From contig NC_068984.1 in the NCBI RefSeq assembly GCF_001194135.2, positions 79,536,851 to 79,600,850 of the forward strand: DNA of 64,000 bases. Reading direction: 5' to 3'. The DNA comes from Octopus bimaculoides. Its lineage: Eukaryota. The first letter of the stretch is position 1. Each line of letters begins with the position of its first letter. Below are positions 1-11,959 of this stretch, piece by piece. The notes under the pieces are model-generated. The model saw only the letters and a program-made list of their open reading frames with translations. It ran no database searches and had not been told where the DNA came from. Made by a program: the position numbers and the translations under genes.

Positions 1-400
1 CTTTGACTCTGCCACTTCCTGCGGTTTGTGCTCATACCTTGTTTTGTCTCTCTCTAGCCCCCACTTTTCATAGTTTCCTTTTTTGCACTTTTACCACCTC
101 ATTGTGTTGTCACAACTTGTAATGGTTTTGTGCAAGTCTAGAACATTTGTTCACAATATGGGCAATGGTTTTGACCACTATATTATAGATGTGGCACAGT
201 GGAGATACTTGTTCATTCCTAAGGTTGACCCTCCAGTTTGTGGCCAAAGCTTGGTTGTGCACTGCTAGTACAGTGTTCTCAGTCTCTTTATTCAATGCTC
301 TTTTCTTCAGCCAGTCTCACCTACGTTTTCCAGCAACTTCAGTTGTGACTGGAATTTATTGTGTAGTCCCTTTTTGCATAATGTTTCTTCATGTGCCTTT
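1..400 (-). mobile_element. Decayed R4/Dong-like (RLE-type) non-LTR retrotransposon, C-terminal fragment
   Basis: Minus-strand translation WLKKRALNKETENTVLAVHNQALATN...SPLCHIYN...KTIAHIVNKCSRLAQNHYK matches the KETE...QDQAL / CCHC-knuckle region of R4-clade ORFs. It contains stops and runs off the window edge. Confidence 0.75.
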
Positions 401-454
401 TGTACTTCTTGCTTTGTTTTTCCCTCTTTTTTTCTCTGCTTTCAATACTCTCCA

Positions 455-678
455 GTGAGCCGGCAGAATTGTTAGTATGCTGAACAAAACGCTTAGTGCC
501 ATTTCGTCTGTCTTTACAGTTTGAGTTCAAATTCTGCAGAGGTTAACTTCACCTTTCATACTTCCGGGATCGATAAAATAAGTACCAGTTGAGCACTGGG
601 GTTGATGTAATTGACTTACCCCAAACTTGCTGGTCTTGAGCAAAGATTTGAGACTGTTTATTATTATTATTATTATTG
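455..678 (+). mobile_element. tRNA-derived SINE, family B (GAGCTGGCAGAAT head, (ATT)n tail)
   Basis: B-box GAGTTCAAATTC, shared core GCCTTTCATC..GGGGTCGATAAAATAAGTACCAG, ATT tail. About 10 related copies in the window. Confidence 0.8.
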
Positions 679-703
679 AAAAAAAGAAATCATTATTATT
701 ATT

Positions 704-915
704 GGCCATGAGCTAGCAGAACTGATAGCATGCCAAGCAAAATGCCTAGCAGCATTTCGTCTGTTTTTTACATTCTAAGTTTAAACTTCACCAGGGTCAG
801 CTTTGCCTTTCATCTTCTTGGGGTCGATAAAATAAGTACCAGCTGAGTACTGGCTGCATGTAAATCACCTTACCCCTTCCCCCAAAAGTTAGGTCTTGTG
901 CCTGTAGTAGAAAGG

Positions 916-946
<31 letters not shown>
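704..946 (+). mobile_element. SINE family B copy with long (ATT)n tail
   Basis: Same head and core as 455-678; ends AGAAAGG(ATT)n at 916-946. Confidence 0.8.
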
Positions 947-947
<1 letters not shown>

Positions 948-949
948 CA

Positions 950-1075
950 TTTTCTCTTTATCACTTGCATGCATAGTGGGCTTACTACCTGCAGCCTGCG
1001 GTGCCATACTATTCGTTCTTTTCAGCTATCTAATACTTTCCTGATTACTCTGACAAGCAGGGTGGCCAATCTCAC
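950..1075 (-). mobile_element. R4/Dong-like 3' end (ORF end + 3' UTR)
   Basis: Minus strand reads LLVRVIRKVLDS*, then a UTR similar to the copy at 13862-14055, and joins directly to (TAA)n. Confidence 0.7.
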
Positions 1076-2388
1076 CCAGAAATGGGCTGAGAGGAAGCTG
1101 TCCCTGAAAGGTTGAGTGGAGGTGGTGAATGCATGCATCACATCTGTCATCTATCAGTGCTTGACCATCGTCCCTTGCTCTGTTTGCTGGTTGACCAAGC
1201 TGGTGCGCTTGCTCTTCTTTCTGTGGAAGGGGCACGTTCCACTGGTCAGGTGCTCCATCTGCTGTCAACAGCTGCTGAATTGAGGACTGGGCATGCCATG
1301 GCTGCTGATGTGCAGACATGAACTCAGCGTTTCCTGGATGGTGAGCAGGTGTGGTTGCCGTTTATCAGAATCGCTCTTCCACAGCTCATCTCTTTGACTG
1401 AGCAGCGATCCTGGATTAAGCGTAGACTGAGGAAGGGTGTTTGGTACCTTGAGTGCCATCAAGCACTCACAGCCCTCTGCCAGGCAGGCAATGCTATTGG
1501 TAGTAGTTCCACTCTAGCGTTCTATAGAAGGTTCGAAGAGGAAAAGTGTGACGATGTTCTCGGAGAAACTCTAGGCAGTGATGTGGATCGACTTACTGGT
1601 CAGTTTCAGAGAACTTTCAGGCCGGGGCCTATGGATAACTTCCAGAAATCCCTTGCCTGGCAGTGCTACCAGGGGGTGCTGCTTGTTTGAGATAAACTTT
1701 ATAGGCACAAAAGTGCTGTCAGCTGGGCTTGTGCAAGGTGCGCTCAGAGCAATGAAACCGTCCTGCATGCACTCGTCCAGTGCCCGAGCATTGCTGACCT
1801 GTGGGTTTATACCAAACAGCTGCTGTCATGTGTAGGATAGATCTGGCTATCAACTGAATCCATAGTGAAGATTTCCCTGCCAGTCTCCTTTATCTGGGGG
1901 TGGGGGGAGAGGTATTTTGTCTTGTGACTGTAGCAAAAGCGGTAGTATGGTGGACTCTATTGAAAGAGCTAAAGTCAGACACTTTTCTCTTTGGCCAAAC
2001 CCGCATCAACTTTTTCAAGTATCACTTGAAGAGGAAAGTGAGGGTGGAAAGGGAAATGTTGTCTTCTAGCAAGTTTGCTGAAAGGTGGGTGAATGTTGGA
2101 AGAATAGCCAGTATAAAAGGAACAATTCTGAGTACACACCTGTAAAAAAAGGAAATTAAAAGAGAAGGGCTCTTGCCCTATTGATCAGGTACCTGTGACT
2201 TTTGTAGGTTTTTTCCATGAGTCGCCTTAAAGCGCCTCCACTTATTGGGAGTTTTATCTGTTTTTTCCTTGTTATCTTATTTACACATTTTGAAATCTTT
2301 TGTATTGTCCTATCATGTCCTTTAATGTATCTTTATACTAGCCTTGTGGCCAATAAAAGAATTAATTATTATTATTATTATTATTATT
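1066..2388 (+). mobile_element. Decayed L1/Tx1-like LINE 3' fragment with AATAAA and (ATT)n tail
   Basis: Frames give QKWAERKLSLKG*VEVVNA (W..R.LSL.GR motif after the RT) and KSLAWQCYQGVLLV*DKLYRH...CARCAQSNETVLHALVQCP (zf-RVT/CCHC). AATAAA at 2352-2357; (ATT)n at 2365-2388. Confidence 0.8.
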
Positions 2389-2934
2389 TAGTTTTCTTTC
2401 TTATACCTCAAAGAATGCAATTATTCTTTGAAGACATACTTACAAACATTGTTGGTTCAGTCAATAAATGCTTTGAGATAATTCTCTAACAAATATTTAC
2501 CATCTGAAATACTTTTATTTTCTGGAACATTCATATATCAATACTTATTTATCTTATTGAAAACTTCTTATAAAACTGATTGTGTATCAATTAAGTTGCA
2601 CTAATTACAAATGGAATGATGGACACACTTCTTATATGCTGTCATGATTGCAATTCAAAAGCTTAGCTGATTTAATAGTGAAGCTTCCGATCTTGGCTTT
2701 TGCATATTATGAAAGTCACTTAGTAGCACTGTCAGTTATAAAGATGCTATTGTCATATTTGTCATGGACTATTGTTAAGTTTGTTTTCCATAGCAGCTGG
2801 TGATCAGTCTCTATGATATTTTCCTCGGGATCTTTGTATTGTCGTTTTCTAAAACAGCTGGATTCATAATGTTATCACAGAACTTAGTATTCATGAATTT
2901 GAAATAGTTGACTTGCCCTATATATACACACGCA

Positions 2935-3130
2935 CACGTATGTGTGCATGCAGACACACACACACAAACACACACAAACACACACACACAGACACAGACA
3001 GACACACACATGCACACACATGCATATATACATAATGTGTGTGTGTGTGTTTGTATATATGTCTGTAAGCATACATGTATAAGCATGTATGCATGCGTGT
3101 GTGTATATATGCACACCTGTATTAATACAC
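2935..3130. repeat. Compound (CA)n/(TA)n/(TG)n microsatellite
   Basis: Read directly from the sequence; source of the HT/CV-repeat pseudo-ORFs. Confidence 0.95.
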
Positions 3131-3279
3131 ATAGAAGTAGATATATGCATATTTCGTTTTTGTTTTGGTTTGCAAGATTCTTGATGTGAATTCTTGTGTT
3201 GAAACAGATTTTGTTGTATCTTGAGAGGGTCATTATGACAATAACAAACACCTACACTAGTTCAGTTTCACTTTATTAA

Positions 3280-3560
3280 TATTACTATTATCTTGGTTTG
3301 GCTCAGATTTGGTTTTATTCCTGGTAGGATTTATGTAGGTAGCGGGTTACTACCTGTAACCTTTGGTGTCCACAAGTTTCCAACAGTCTTTCAAGTGCTT
3401 AGAACCCTCCTGATAACTTGCTATCTCTAAGAGATAAACTTTCTGTAGGAGCTCTACCAGGCATTGTATTTCAATCTCTTTCAGCTATTTGTCTATATCT
3501 TGGCTTACAATGCACCAATTATTATAAGCACAACCTTTACTGTTCACATGCTCCAAATTC
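3280..3560 (-). mobile_element. R4/Dong-like 3' end, highly decayed
   Basis: Minus strand ...DIDK*LKEIEIQCLVELLQKVYLL.. matches the R4-clade C-terminal IE.LQK..LLGTA motif. Confidence 0.6.
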
Positions 3561-3707
3561 TTCCTGTTTCAAATTTTAAGGGATTGTATTTTTTTTTATT
3601 TTTCTTCCTCTTTCTTTATGATCCTGGAATCAAATGGGCATGATGGTTTGATAAATAAGCAACTTCACTTTTCTTTATCTATAATTGTTATTATTATTAT
3701 TATTATT

Positions 3708-4471
3708 GATTTATTGTCTTTGCACAACTTCTAATACTGGAGATGTACTATGGTGTCAGCCGTTCACTACCAGTGAAGTAAGGTAACACCCCTTATTTTT
3801 CGAGCACCGTCTGGAGTATTTGAGCAGTTCCATGCAGTGCTGTTTTCTGAAAGTACTCCACCCTTATTGCAGCCCCTATTTGTTCAATGTACTTCTCAAG
3901 ATTTTTACTCACTGTTCCTTGGGCTCCGACAATTATCGGTACTACTACCATCTTTTTCAGCGACCACAATTGCTTAACCTCCCAAGCTAACCTGTTATAG
4001 CTATCGACTTTTCTTTCTTCCTTATCGCATACCTTGTTGTCAGCTGGGTATGTTATATCTATGATTCAGCATAGTCTGCTTTCTTTCTCAATTAAAACTA
4101 TGTCTGGTTTCCTATTCTCTATCTCATGGTCACACTGAATCATAAAAATCCCATAGGATCTTTGCATTATCATTTTCGATGATGCCTTTGGGTTTATGTA
4201 CATACCATTTTTTTGCTCTGTCAAGTCCATACTTGTTGCAAAGTGTCCAATGGACAATCCTTGCTATATTGTCATGACGTCTCTTATATATATTCTTTCT
4301 GGGCTTGTGGCATACATTGACTGGTAATATTCCATACGGGTTCACCATATGGGTTCACCATTTTGTCCACAAATTCTGCACTTATCACTTTCTGATGTGT
4401 TTATTTTGTATTTGATGTAATTGGCTCTTAATGCTTGCTCTTGGGTAGCACAGATTAAAGCCTCCGTTTCC
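3708..4471 (-). mobile_element. 5'-truncated R4/Dong-like retrotransposon (CCHC + restriction-like endonuclease)
   Basis: Across frameshifts: ETEALICATQEQALRANYIK..KCRICG..; YKRRHDNIARIVHW; KILWDF; DHEIENRKPDIVLIEK..IIDIA; VVPIIVGAQG..QKTALHGTA. Flanked by (TTA)n on both sides. Confidence 0.9.
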
Positions 4472-4496
4472 ATTATTATTATCATTATTATTATTA

Positions 4497-4530
<34 letters not shown>

Positions 4531-5079
4531 ATATCTATGTGTATTTTTCATTTTGTTTGTTTTTTTATGCCTGTTTTATCATGGTAGTATGAGTTAGATG
4601 AATAAGTTGTTAAGGCATTACTTTGCAGCTTGACACTCTTTTTGATGCTAACCTTTTGCTGGTTTTCATGGGATCTCTTCTTCCATGCAGCTTCAGAAGC
4701 ACAAAATGATTGGGTGAATAATAGGTATGAAAAATGCTGACAGAACTTAATGCAAACCTTGTGACAATCGAATAAGTCAGTGGAAGATATAAACAACTAC
4801 GACAAGGCCCAGGGCTTATGATGTGGTGGTTTGTGTTCTTCACTGATTCTGAGACCTATGCCAACAGAGCACAATCTCTTAACAAGACCTCAAATACCAT
4901 GAAGTTGGAACATAGTATACGCAACAATTAATTCTGTATAAAAGCTGTATACTGTTCCCTATCTCAACCATTTTATTTTTCCTTCATACAGAAATTTATG
5001 TGGACACACCTAGGCAACCCCAACAAATGTTTAAAAGCATTCTGAATCAAATTTACCAATAGTTAATTTGTATAGAGCC

Positions 5080-7654
5080 ACAGTTTCGGGAGCTAAGTAC
5101 CAGAGATGGCTGGAAAATTTTTTTGCAGCAGCTTTACTGATTTCTGATAATTTATCAGTTGATGCATGAATAGGAAATCATAATAAGATGCTTTAATTGC
5201 TTCTGATGTCAGAAACTAAGCTTGAATGTATGCTCAAGCAAGGAAAATACATATTCTTCTTAAAGAGTTCTTCTCCCCAGGAGATAACTGAAATTGATCT
5301 TGAAACAGGTCTATCTTGAATGCATAAAATGCTTTTGATATTCACCTGGCATGACTTACACTTCGTGGTGTACGAAATAATATCCTGTTGTTCGGAATGC
5401 TGCCAAGAAAGATCATCATTAATTCCAACAATTCTCGGTAATCATCTCCCTGTTGTTTCTGCGTAGAAAGGTGATATTCAAGAAATCCAAGAATGGTAGC
5501 GCAGACATCATCAGGCACTTCATTGCTACCAGTTATGTAAACCTTCTTGCTGACTTTTGTCCAGGTTTCTCTAAATATTTTGAAAAAGGCCATGGCTGGA
5601 CCAGAAGTTGCACCCATCAGTGAGTCGAAACAGCTCCTAAAATGTAACTCAGAAATGTGATAATGGCAAGGGAAGTACACCAGGTCATGATTGAGAATTT
5701 TTCTTGGTTTGTACTACTCAACCTGTGTTACTTGCTATCGTATCACAGGAAAGTGCCTGAATTTTGTTGGTTATACCCCACTTCTCCACTGCAAGCCATG
5801 GCTTGCTGTTTTCCTGAAGATGTTGGAATTTCAGGGACTCCCAATAATTGCTCCTTGCTTTGAAAAGTTACTATTATTACCAGTCTATCAACCTTTCCAA
5901 TGCTTGGGAATGCTGGGAGCAGCTTTCCATCCCAGTGCAACAGTAATTTTTAACAGTTGTTTAGGTTAAATTTGTGCTGTATTTCTGTGTGTCTTGCTTC
6001 TTTAAATTGTTTTCTAAGGTGCTGAAAAGAAGTGCGATTTATTACTAGATTTTTAGTATCAAACCTGAAAGCCATTGATATGTAAATACCATTTCTTTCA
6101 ATGATTTTCTACCTATCAAAAACATCAGAGAGACGGGGAGTAAAAAACTGCAATGTACCTTGAGTTGCTGGAACTGTTGTTGCTGCTGTGGTTGTTGCTG
6201 TTGCTGATATTTGCTAAATGATGACAGGAATTTTCACTGTCATCACCACCATAACTGCTTTAGCTGCTTCGCATTGAATTATCAGTTTCTGATGTAGCAA
6301 ACTGATGAATAGTAAAATTTTGTCCCATTTCTTCATAAGACCTTTTTTTTTCCTGACAGTTTCCATTGAAGTTAGCTGCAGTGCTCTTTCTTCCTTGTGT
6401 TTTAGTTTTTGATCTACACCAACCATGGAGACTGGTCATCCTTTTTGGTACTGAAGAATTAAGAACTTCTTATCCTCTTCAATTTTCATCTGTCCCAAAG
6501 CATCTGAATGAGCTATGTCAAAGAGATCGTCCATCATTTCCACAAGCATTTTTCTTTTTTCTTTTTCCTTGCCTGCAATTCTTATCAAATTTTTCTGTAA
6601 ACCTTTCCATTCATCATAGACTTTGAGGACCTTATCAACACAGTGGTCAGTTCTTCTGGTAGGAATTCATGCTTTTTGCCAAAACATGGAAATTTCTTGA
6701 ATCACTAATGCTGCACTTTCTTTTGTTATAAGATTTACAACTCTTACATTGTAGAAAAAAACACTTAAAACTTGTCAATTCAAGGGTAGATTCGCTCCCA
6801 TGATTTGATTGGAAATGGAGCCAACAAAAGTTGCATGAAAATCTTTTCTTAACTTGTGTGATGAACTACCTCAAGATGATGATGCCATTTCACAGGTCTA
6901 GGAAGAATATGTCACAGAAGCCACTTTGCACCTGCACAAACAGTTCTGAATGAAAAAAGGAAGAATTAGTCACCAAAGGCACCATATTTGGTCACAAAAT
7001 AAGTATACAAAGCACATAACATTATAAAACCATAGAAGTTATAAACATGGTATTACAACTTTGTCAGGTCTACCAACATAACAGGGAAAGATCTATTTCA
7101 TAATTTCAAAACGAACAAGTGCTTACAAGTTATTTACAAATAAATTAACTCATATTTACAAACGTAGTCAAGCCATATTAGTTCACTGTTTATCACTAAT
7201 ATATATTTCTTAATATTTTATTTCTCTACACTACCATTAGGTGCAGTACAATTCTTTCAATGAATGAACACAACTCACAACCTCACTTGCTTACGGTTAG
7301 CTGCTAACTGGATGATGGCAAAATATAGGTGTTCGCCCTAACCCTGTGCTCTATCCCCAGCTTTGCAAGTTACCTTCCCCGTTATAGTTATTGTCACTTA
7401 TCCTTCTAATACCAAGAATAAGTCTGAACAAGTTTTTAATTTAAGAAAAAATTATATCAGAGATAAAAAATTTTATCTGTAAAAATAACATTCTGGATGA
7501 AAACTTCAAAATTTCACAGTCGATGAAGTTGTCCGCTTACAGTTGTCTGCTTGAGCTAAAATTTTGCATAGATTGTTTTTTTTTTTGTTAATTGGAACAA
7601 GATAGTGGGGTGGAAGCTAAACTTTTAGAAAGTTGAAAAGTAGGAGCCACCCTA
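5080..7654 (-). mobile_element. Decayed hAT-superfamily (hATm-like) DNA transposon with transposase relic
   Basis: Minus-strand motifs MVGVDQKL, HWDGKLLP..KVDRL..EQLLGVP, DTIASNTG, PCHYHISE (CxxH), GDDYRELLEL..FLG, SKAFYAFKIDLF, HLWYLAPETVAL. TAGGGTG-type terminus (CCACCCTAA at 7647-7655). The second TIR and the C-terminus were not found. Confidence 0.8.
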
Positions 7655-9279
7655 ATGCATATACGCATATATGTATCCATGCATATATGTATGTATAGAT
7701 ATGTACATATTTATATATACACACATATGTTTACATACATACACACATGTATGGGCGTATACGTGTTTGTGTACGTATGTTTATGTATAGCAGTGCATTG
7801 AGGAATGTCCATTTGTACAAACAAACAAAAAGTAAACCAAAGAAAGAAGAAAGTTCAAAGTTTGCTATTCAATAGAAATTGCTTTGGGGTCAATGTAATC
7901 CATGAAAACAATCCTTGAAAGTGGTGTCAATTACTGAAACCAATGCAAAAATAGGGTCATGTGAAAGCCATGTTAGAGTATGTTTTATTTATTTAAAACT
8001 TGAGTTACATAGAATTTAGTTTCACTGAATTAATATCTAGGAGCGTATTATGAAAGATAATGACATTTTTCATCCTGTCAATGTTTGTTGACTCTCTAGG
8101 GTTAATTAATGTTAATTTTCTTTTGTTTTCACCTGATTGTTTTGATTATTTTAAAGTTTCAGAATATGTGCAATTGATAATTTTGAAGATTTCTTAAAGG
8201 CAATATATATATTTTTTCCAAACATATTTAATTATTCATATCTACAAACGGTCTGTTTCAGCATATCGTACTCCATCAGTGCAATGTGCTAAATAATTCA
8301 TTATTTGTGATTAATTCAACTAGTTCAAGATGAGAGATGATTAAATAATAACTGTTTATATTAAAATTTGTTTTTAAAATTAGAAGTTTACCACATTAAT
8401 ATAAACTGAGAAATTACAAAGATAAATAAAACTTAAAGCCTCAAAACTTTGAGGAAAATACCTGCACAAATTTTGTTTGCATATCATTTGAGTTTAAACA
8501 ACAGAATATTTGTCCTTTCTCAGAAAATAAGAACAAATGAATAGCATTTAAGTTTTTTCATTGCTAAAGGCTTAATGTAGATGGTCAGAAGATCAAATAT
8601 TGGGAAATTTCAAGAAAATTTCTAGAATGAAGAATGAATAATTTTTTTATTACTGCTATAAGATTAAAGTTAGATATTGGGGAAACTTTGAGAAAATTTC
8701 CATTTCCAAGACAAAAGCAAAATTGGCTAAAATGGAAATTTTTCTTCAGATTCACCAATAACATTTCTCTTAGTCTATGTAATATATATTTTTGTTGATC
8801 AATATCTAAGTGAGGCTAAGGATGTAGAACTAAGTATTCAGATTCCAAGAACAACTATAATTCTTCTTTATATTGATTTTACTCTTATCATATGCAGACG
8901 AATGTTCTGCAGACATTTTCCTCGAAGTTTTGAAGCTTTAAGTTCTAACTATCTTTGTAATTCCTTACTTTGAAATTCCTTACACTTATTGTATTAATAC
9001 GGTTCAGTCTTAATTCTAAAAAAGGAAAAGAAAAATATTCATGTTAGCTGTTGTTGGTTAACACCTGGTCAGCCCCAAATTAGCAAACCTATCACAAATT
9101 GCATTCCCATCACATTGTACAGAGAATTCAAGGCCACTTTATTTAATACGTATACATTTTTTAAGACAGTAGGATGTAATTTCAGGGAGTTGACTGCTAT
9201 TTCTTGCAAATGAATGAACGTGTACAAGCTCCGGTACAAGCTCCTGTAATATTCTGTATTTGTGTGTGCAAGTTTGGAA

Positions 9280-9480
9280 TGTATGTATACTTATATGTAT
9301 GTATGTTTATATGTATATATTTGTGTGTATTTATGCTTGGTGCATATGTGCATGTGTGTATGAGTGTGTATGTATATATGTATGCTTGAATGTATGTACA
9401 TATGTATGTATGTTTGGTATGTATTGAAATATATATGTGTGCACATATATGTATGTGTCTGTATATATGTATGTATATTT
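9280..9480. repeat. Degenerate (TA/TG/TATG) simple repeat
   Basis: Read directly from the sequence. Confidence 0.9.
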
Positions 9481-9980
9481 GAGTAAGATTTTATAATGGA
9501 TCTCTGTCAAAATTTTTTGACGTGACAAAATAACTGTCTCTAGAGATTGTGCCATTTCTCTTTCTTTTTGTTTTTTTAGCAGTTTTGGAATAGATAGAAC
9601 AGACAAAATGACTACTTTTTGTATATCGTCTTTACTTTTTTTACTGATGTGATAATACAGATCAAATATGGATTATCATTCCATTATCAATTCTGTGTGC
9701 TGAAGACCAGCGTAGCAAAAACAAAAACCCAAATAAACAAAACACACATATATATATATATGTGAAATGGAGAAAAACAAGAAACATGAGAAAAAATCGG
9801 ATTAATACTGGGAATTACCAAAACCAAAATCTTTGTTTTATTCATGCAAACAAGCAAACGAGGAAGGAAAGACAAAAACTGCACTGATAAGATAAAATCA
9901 AAAAAGAAATATTATCAGCAAATAACTCAAACAGCAATAAATGCATAATGCAGTACAACGCCAACAGCAACAAAAACCAG

Positions 9981-9984
<4 letters not shown>

Positions 9985-10029
<45 letters not shown>

Positions 10030-10210
10030 CGTGTATATATATCTGTGTGTGTGTGTGTATTTATGTATATACATATGTGTAGATATGTATGTATATACAT
10101 GTTTGTGTGTACATATATATATATATATGCCTTTATGTATGTATATGTGTGCATGTGTTTATGTATGTGTGTGTATCTGCATCATTGTATATGTAGTATA
10201 TGTATTGGTT
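9985..10210. repeat. (TA)n/(TG)n compound microsatellite
   Basis: Read directly from the sequence. Confidence 0.95.
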
Positions 10211-10989
10211 AACGAATGTATATACATTTATCTCTCATTCACATTCTTGGAGAAAAATCAATATAAAAATTCTCTTAATGATACAGGACTACATTAGAAT
10301 ATAAATTCTTTTCATTAACAAAATCATAATCACTATTCTGCTGCCTTTACCGTACGTTATGTTCATCATCACAATCATTGTACTATCTTTCTCGGTACTG
10401 TTATCATTTGACATTATTACCATTATCACTACCTTTGCTATTATTGATGTCACCATCATCCCTATGATGATGATGATCATCATCATCTTCATCATCATTG
10501 ACACTAATATCAACTCCACTGCATTCATCTCTGGCATTATCAATAGCAAGGTGACACCAGAGTTGATGGTAGCATCTTCAATTTCATAACCTATCGCTGT
10601 CATTGATGTTGTTGTTGTTTTTCTTATTGTTTAGCTTCTGCTCACCTCTGATGATGCAGACCTATGACCAAAATTATTCTAGCTGTGACCATCTCACCTA
10701 ATTATCCCTGATTAGGTAGACCTATGACATATAAGTAGTCAGCCAAAATAATTAGGTGCTTATTATCCATCCAGCATTTTAAACATATCAATTCCACAGT
10801 CCTTCTTGACATATTCTATTCAGTATAGGTACAACACTGATTTTCAGGTACCTTTACTTCCAAAGGCTTTCCAGATTACTGATATTTCCAAAGCAGAGGT
10901 GGTCACTATAGTTAACTCATTCTAAATTATGCAAATATTAAATTCACTTAAATAATTATTAAAAATATGGGTATCTATAAAAAAAACTG

Positions 10990-11240
10990 GTACTCTGTCG
11001 GTTATGACAACAAAGGGTCCAATTGATCCAGCTGCTCATGGAATTAACGTGTAAATGACTGAGCACTCCACAGATATGTGTGCCCTTAATGTAGTTCTCA
11101 GGGAGATTCAGCATGACACAGAGTGTGACAAGGCTGGCCCTTTTGAAATACAGGTACTACTTACTTTTGCCAGCTGAGTGGACAGAAGAAATGTGAAATA
11201 AAGTGTCTTGCTCAAGTGCTCAAGGACACATTGTGTCACC
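10990..11240 (-). mobile_element. CORE-like SINE (family C variant)
   Basis: Contains GTGAAATAAAGTGTCTTGCTCAAG, the reverse of the CORE-like GTGTCCTTGAGCAAGACACTTTATTTCAC. A related plus-strand copy lies at 18835-19090. Confidence 0.65.
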
Positions 11241-11639
11241 TGGATGCTCTTTCGGTTACCAACCCTTGCCTCTTTCTGTCTGAGTAAGGTAGTATTTCCC
11301 CATGACCAAACATGTTTTTGCAGAAGACTGGAAATGAAGAATGCTGCTTGCATGATGAGGACACTTGCTCCAAATTATCAGACAGTGACAGGGCAAGGAA
11401 ATGGTAATACACACAGACACACACACACACACGTATGCAGAGATGTTAACAGTTGATGATGTTAAGAATGGGTAAAGAATGGGTAAAGACCACCTTCAGT
11501 CATGAATGACCATGAAATTACACCAAGAAAGTTACCTTCCAAGGTACAAGTCTGGGCAAGGTTATTTATGGAAGACCAGCAGTTACCCATGCATACCAGC
11601 CTCCTCTCTCCAAACCCTTATGTTATCCATGCGCTTTGT

Positions 11640-11958
11640 GAAGGCACGTGGCTCAGTGGTTAGAGTGTCAAGCTCACAATCATGAGGTAGTGAGTTCGAT
11701 TCCTAGAATGGGCTATATGTTGTGTTCTTGAGCAAGATACTTTATTTCACGTTGCTCCAGTTCGCACAGCTGTAGAAAGGATATCAAGCTGTATTGGCCT
11801 TTGCCTTTCCCTTGGATAACACCGGTGGTGTGGAGAGGGGAGGCTGGTGTGCATGGGCGACTGTTGGTCTTCCATAAACAACTTTGCCTCCATTTGTGCC
11901 TCAGAGGGGAACTTTCTAGCTGCAATCCATGATTATTCATGACCAAGGTGGGTCTCTT
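11640..11958 (+). mobile_element. tRNA-derived CORE-like SINE, family C
   Basis: A-box TGGCTCAGTGG (11649-11659), B-box GTTCGATTC, then GTGTTCTTGAGCAAGATACTTTATTTCAC. A full inverted copy lies at 13495-13845. Confidence 0.85.
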
Positions 11959-11959
11959 A

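Noticed and set aside
11640-11715. tRNA-like heads of SINE families A, B and C as tRNA genes
   Set aside because: A and B boxes are present, but the sequence continues into SINE bodies and I could not form a complete cloverleaf or acceptor stem.
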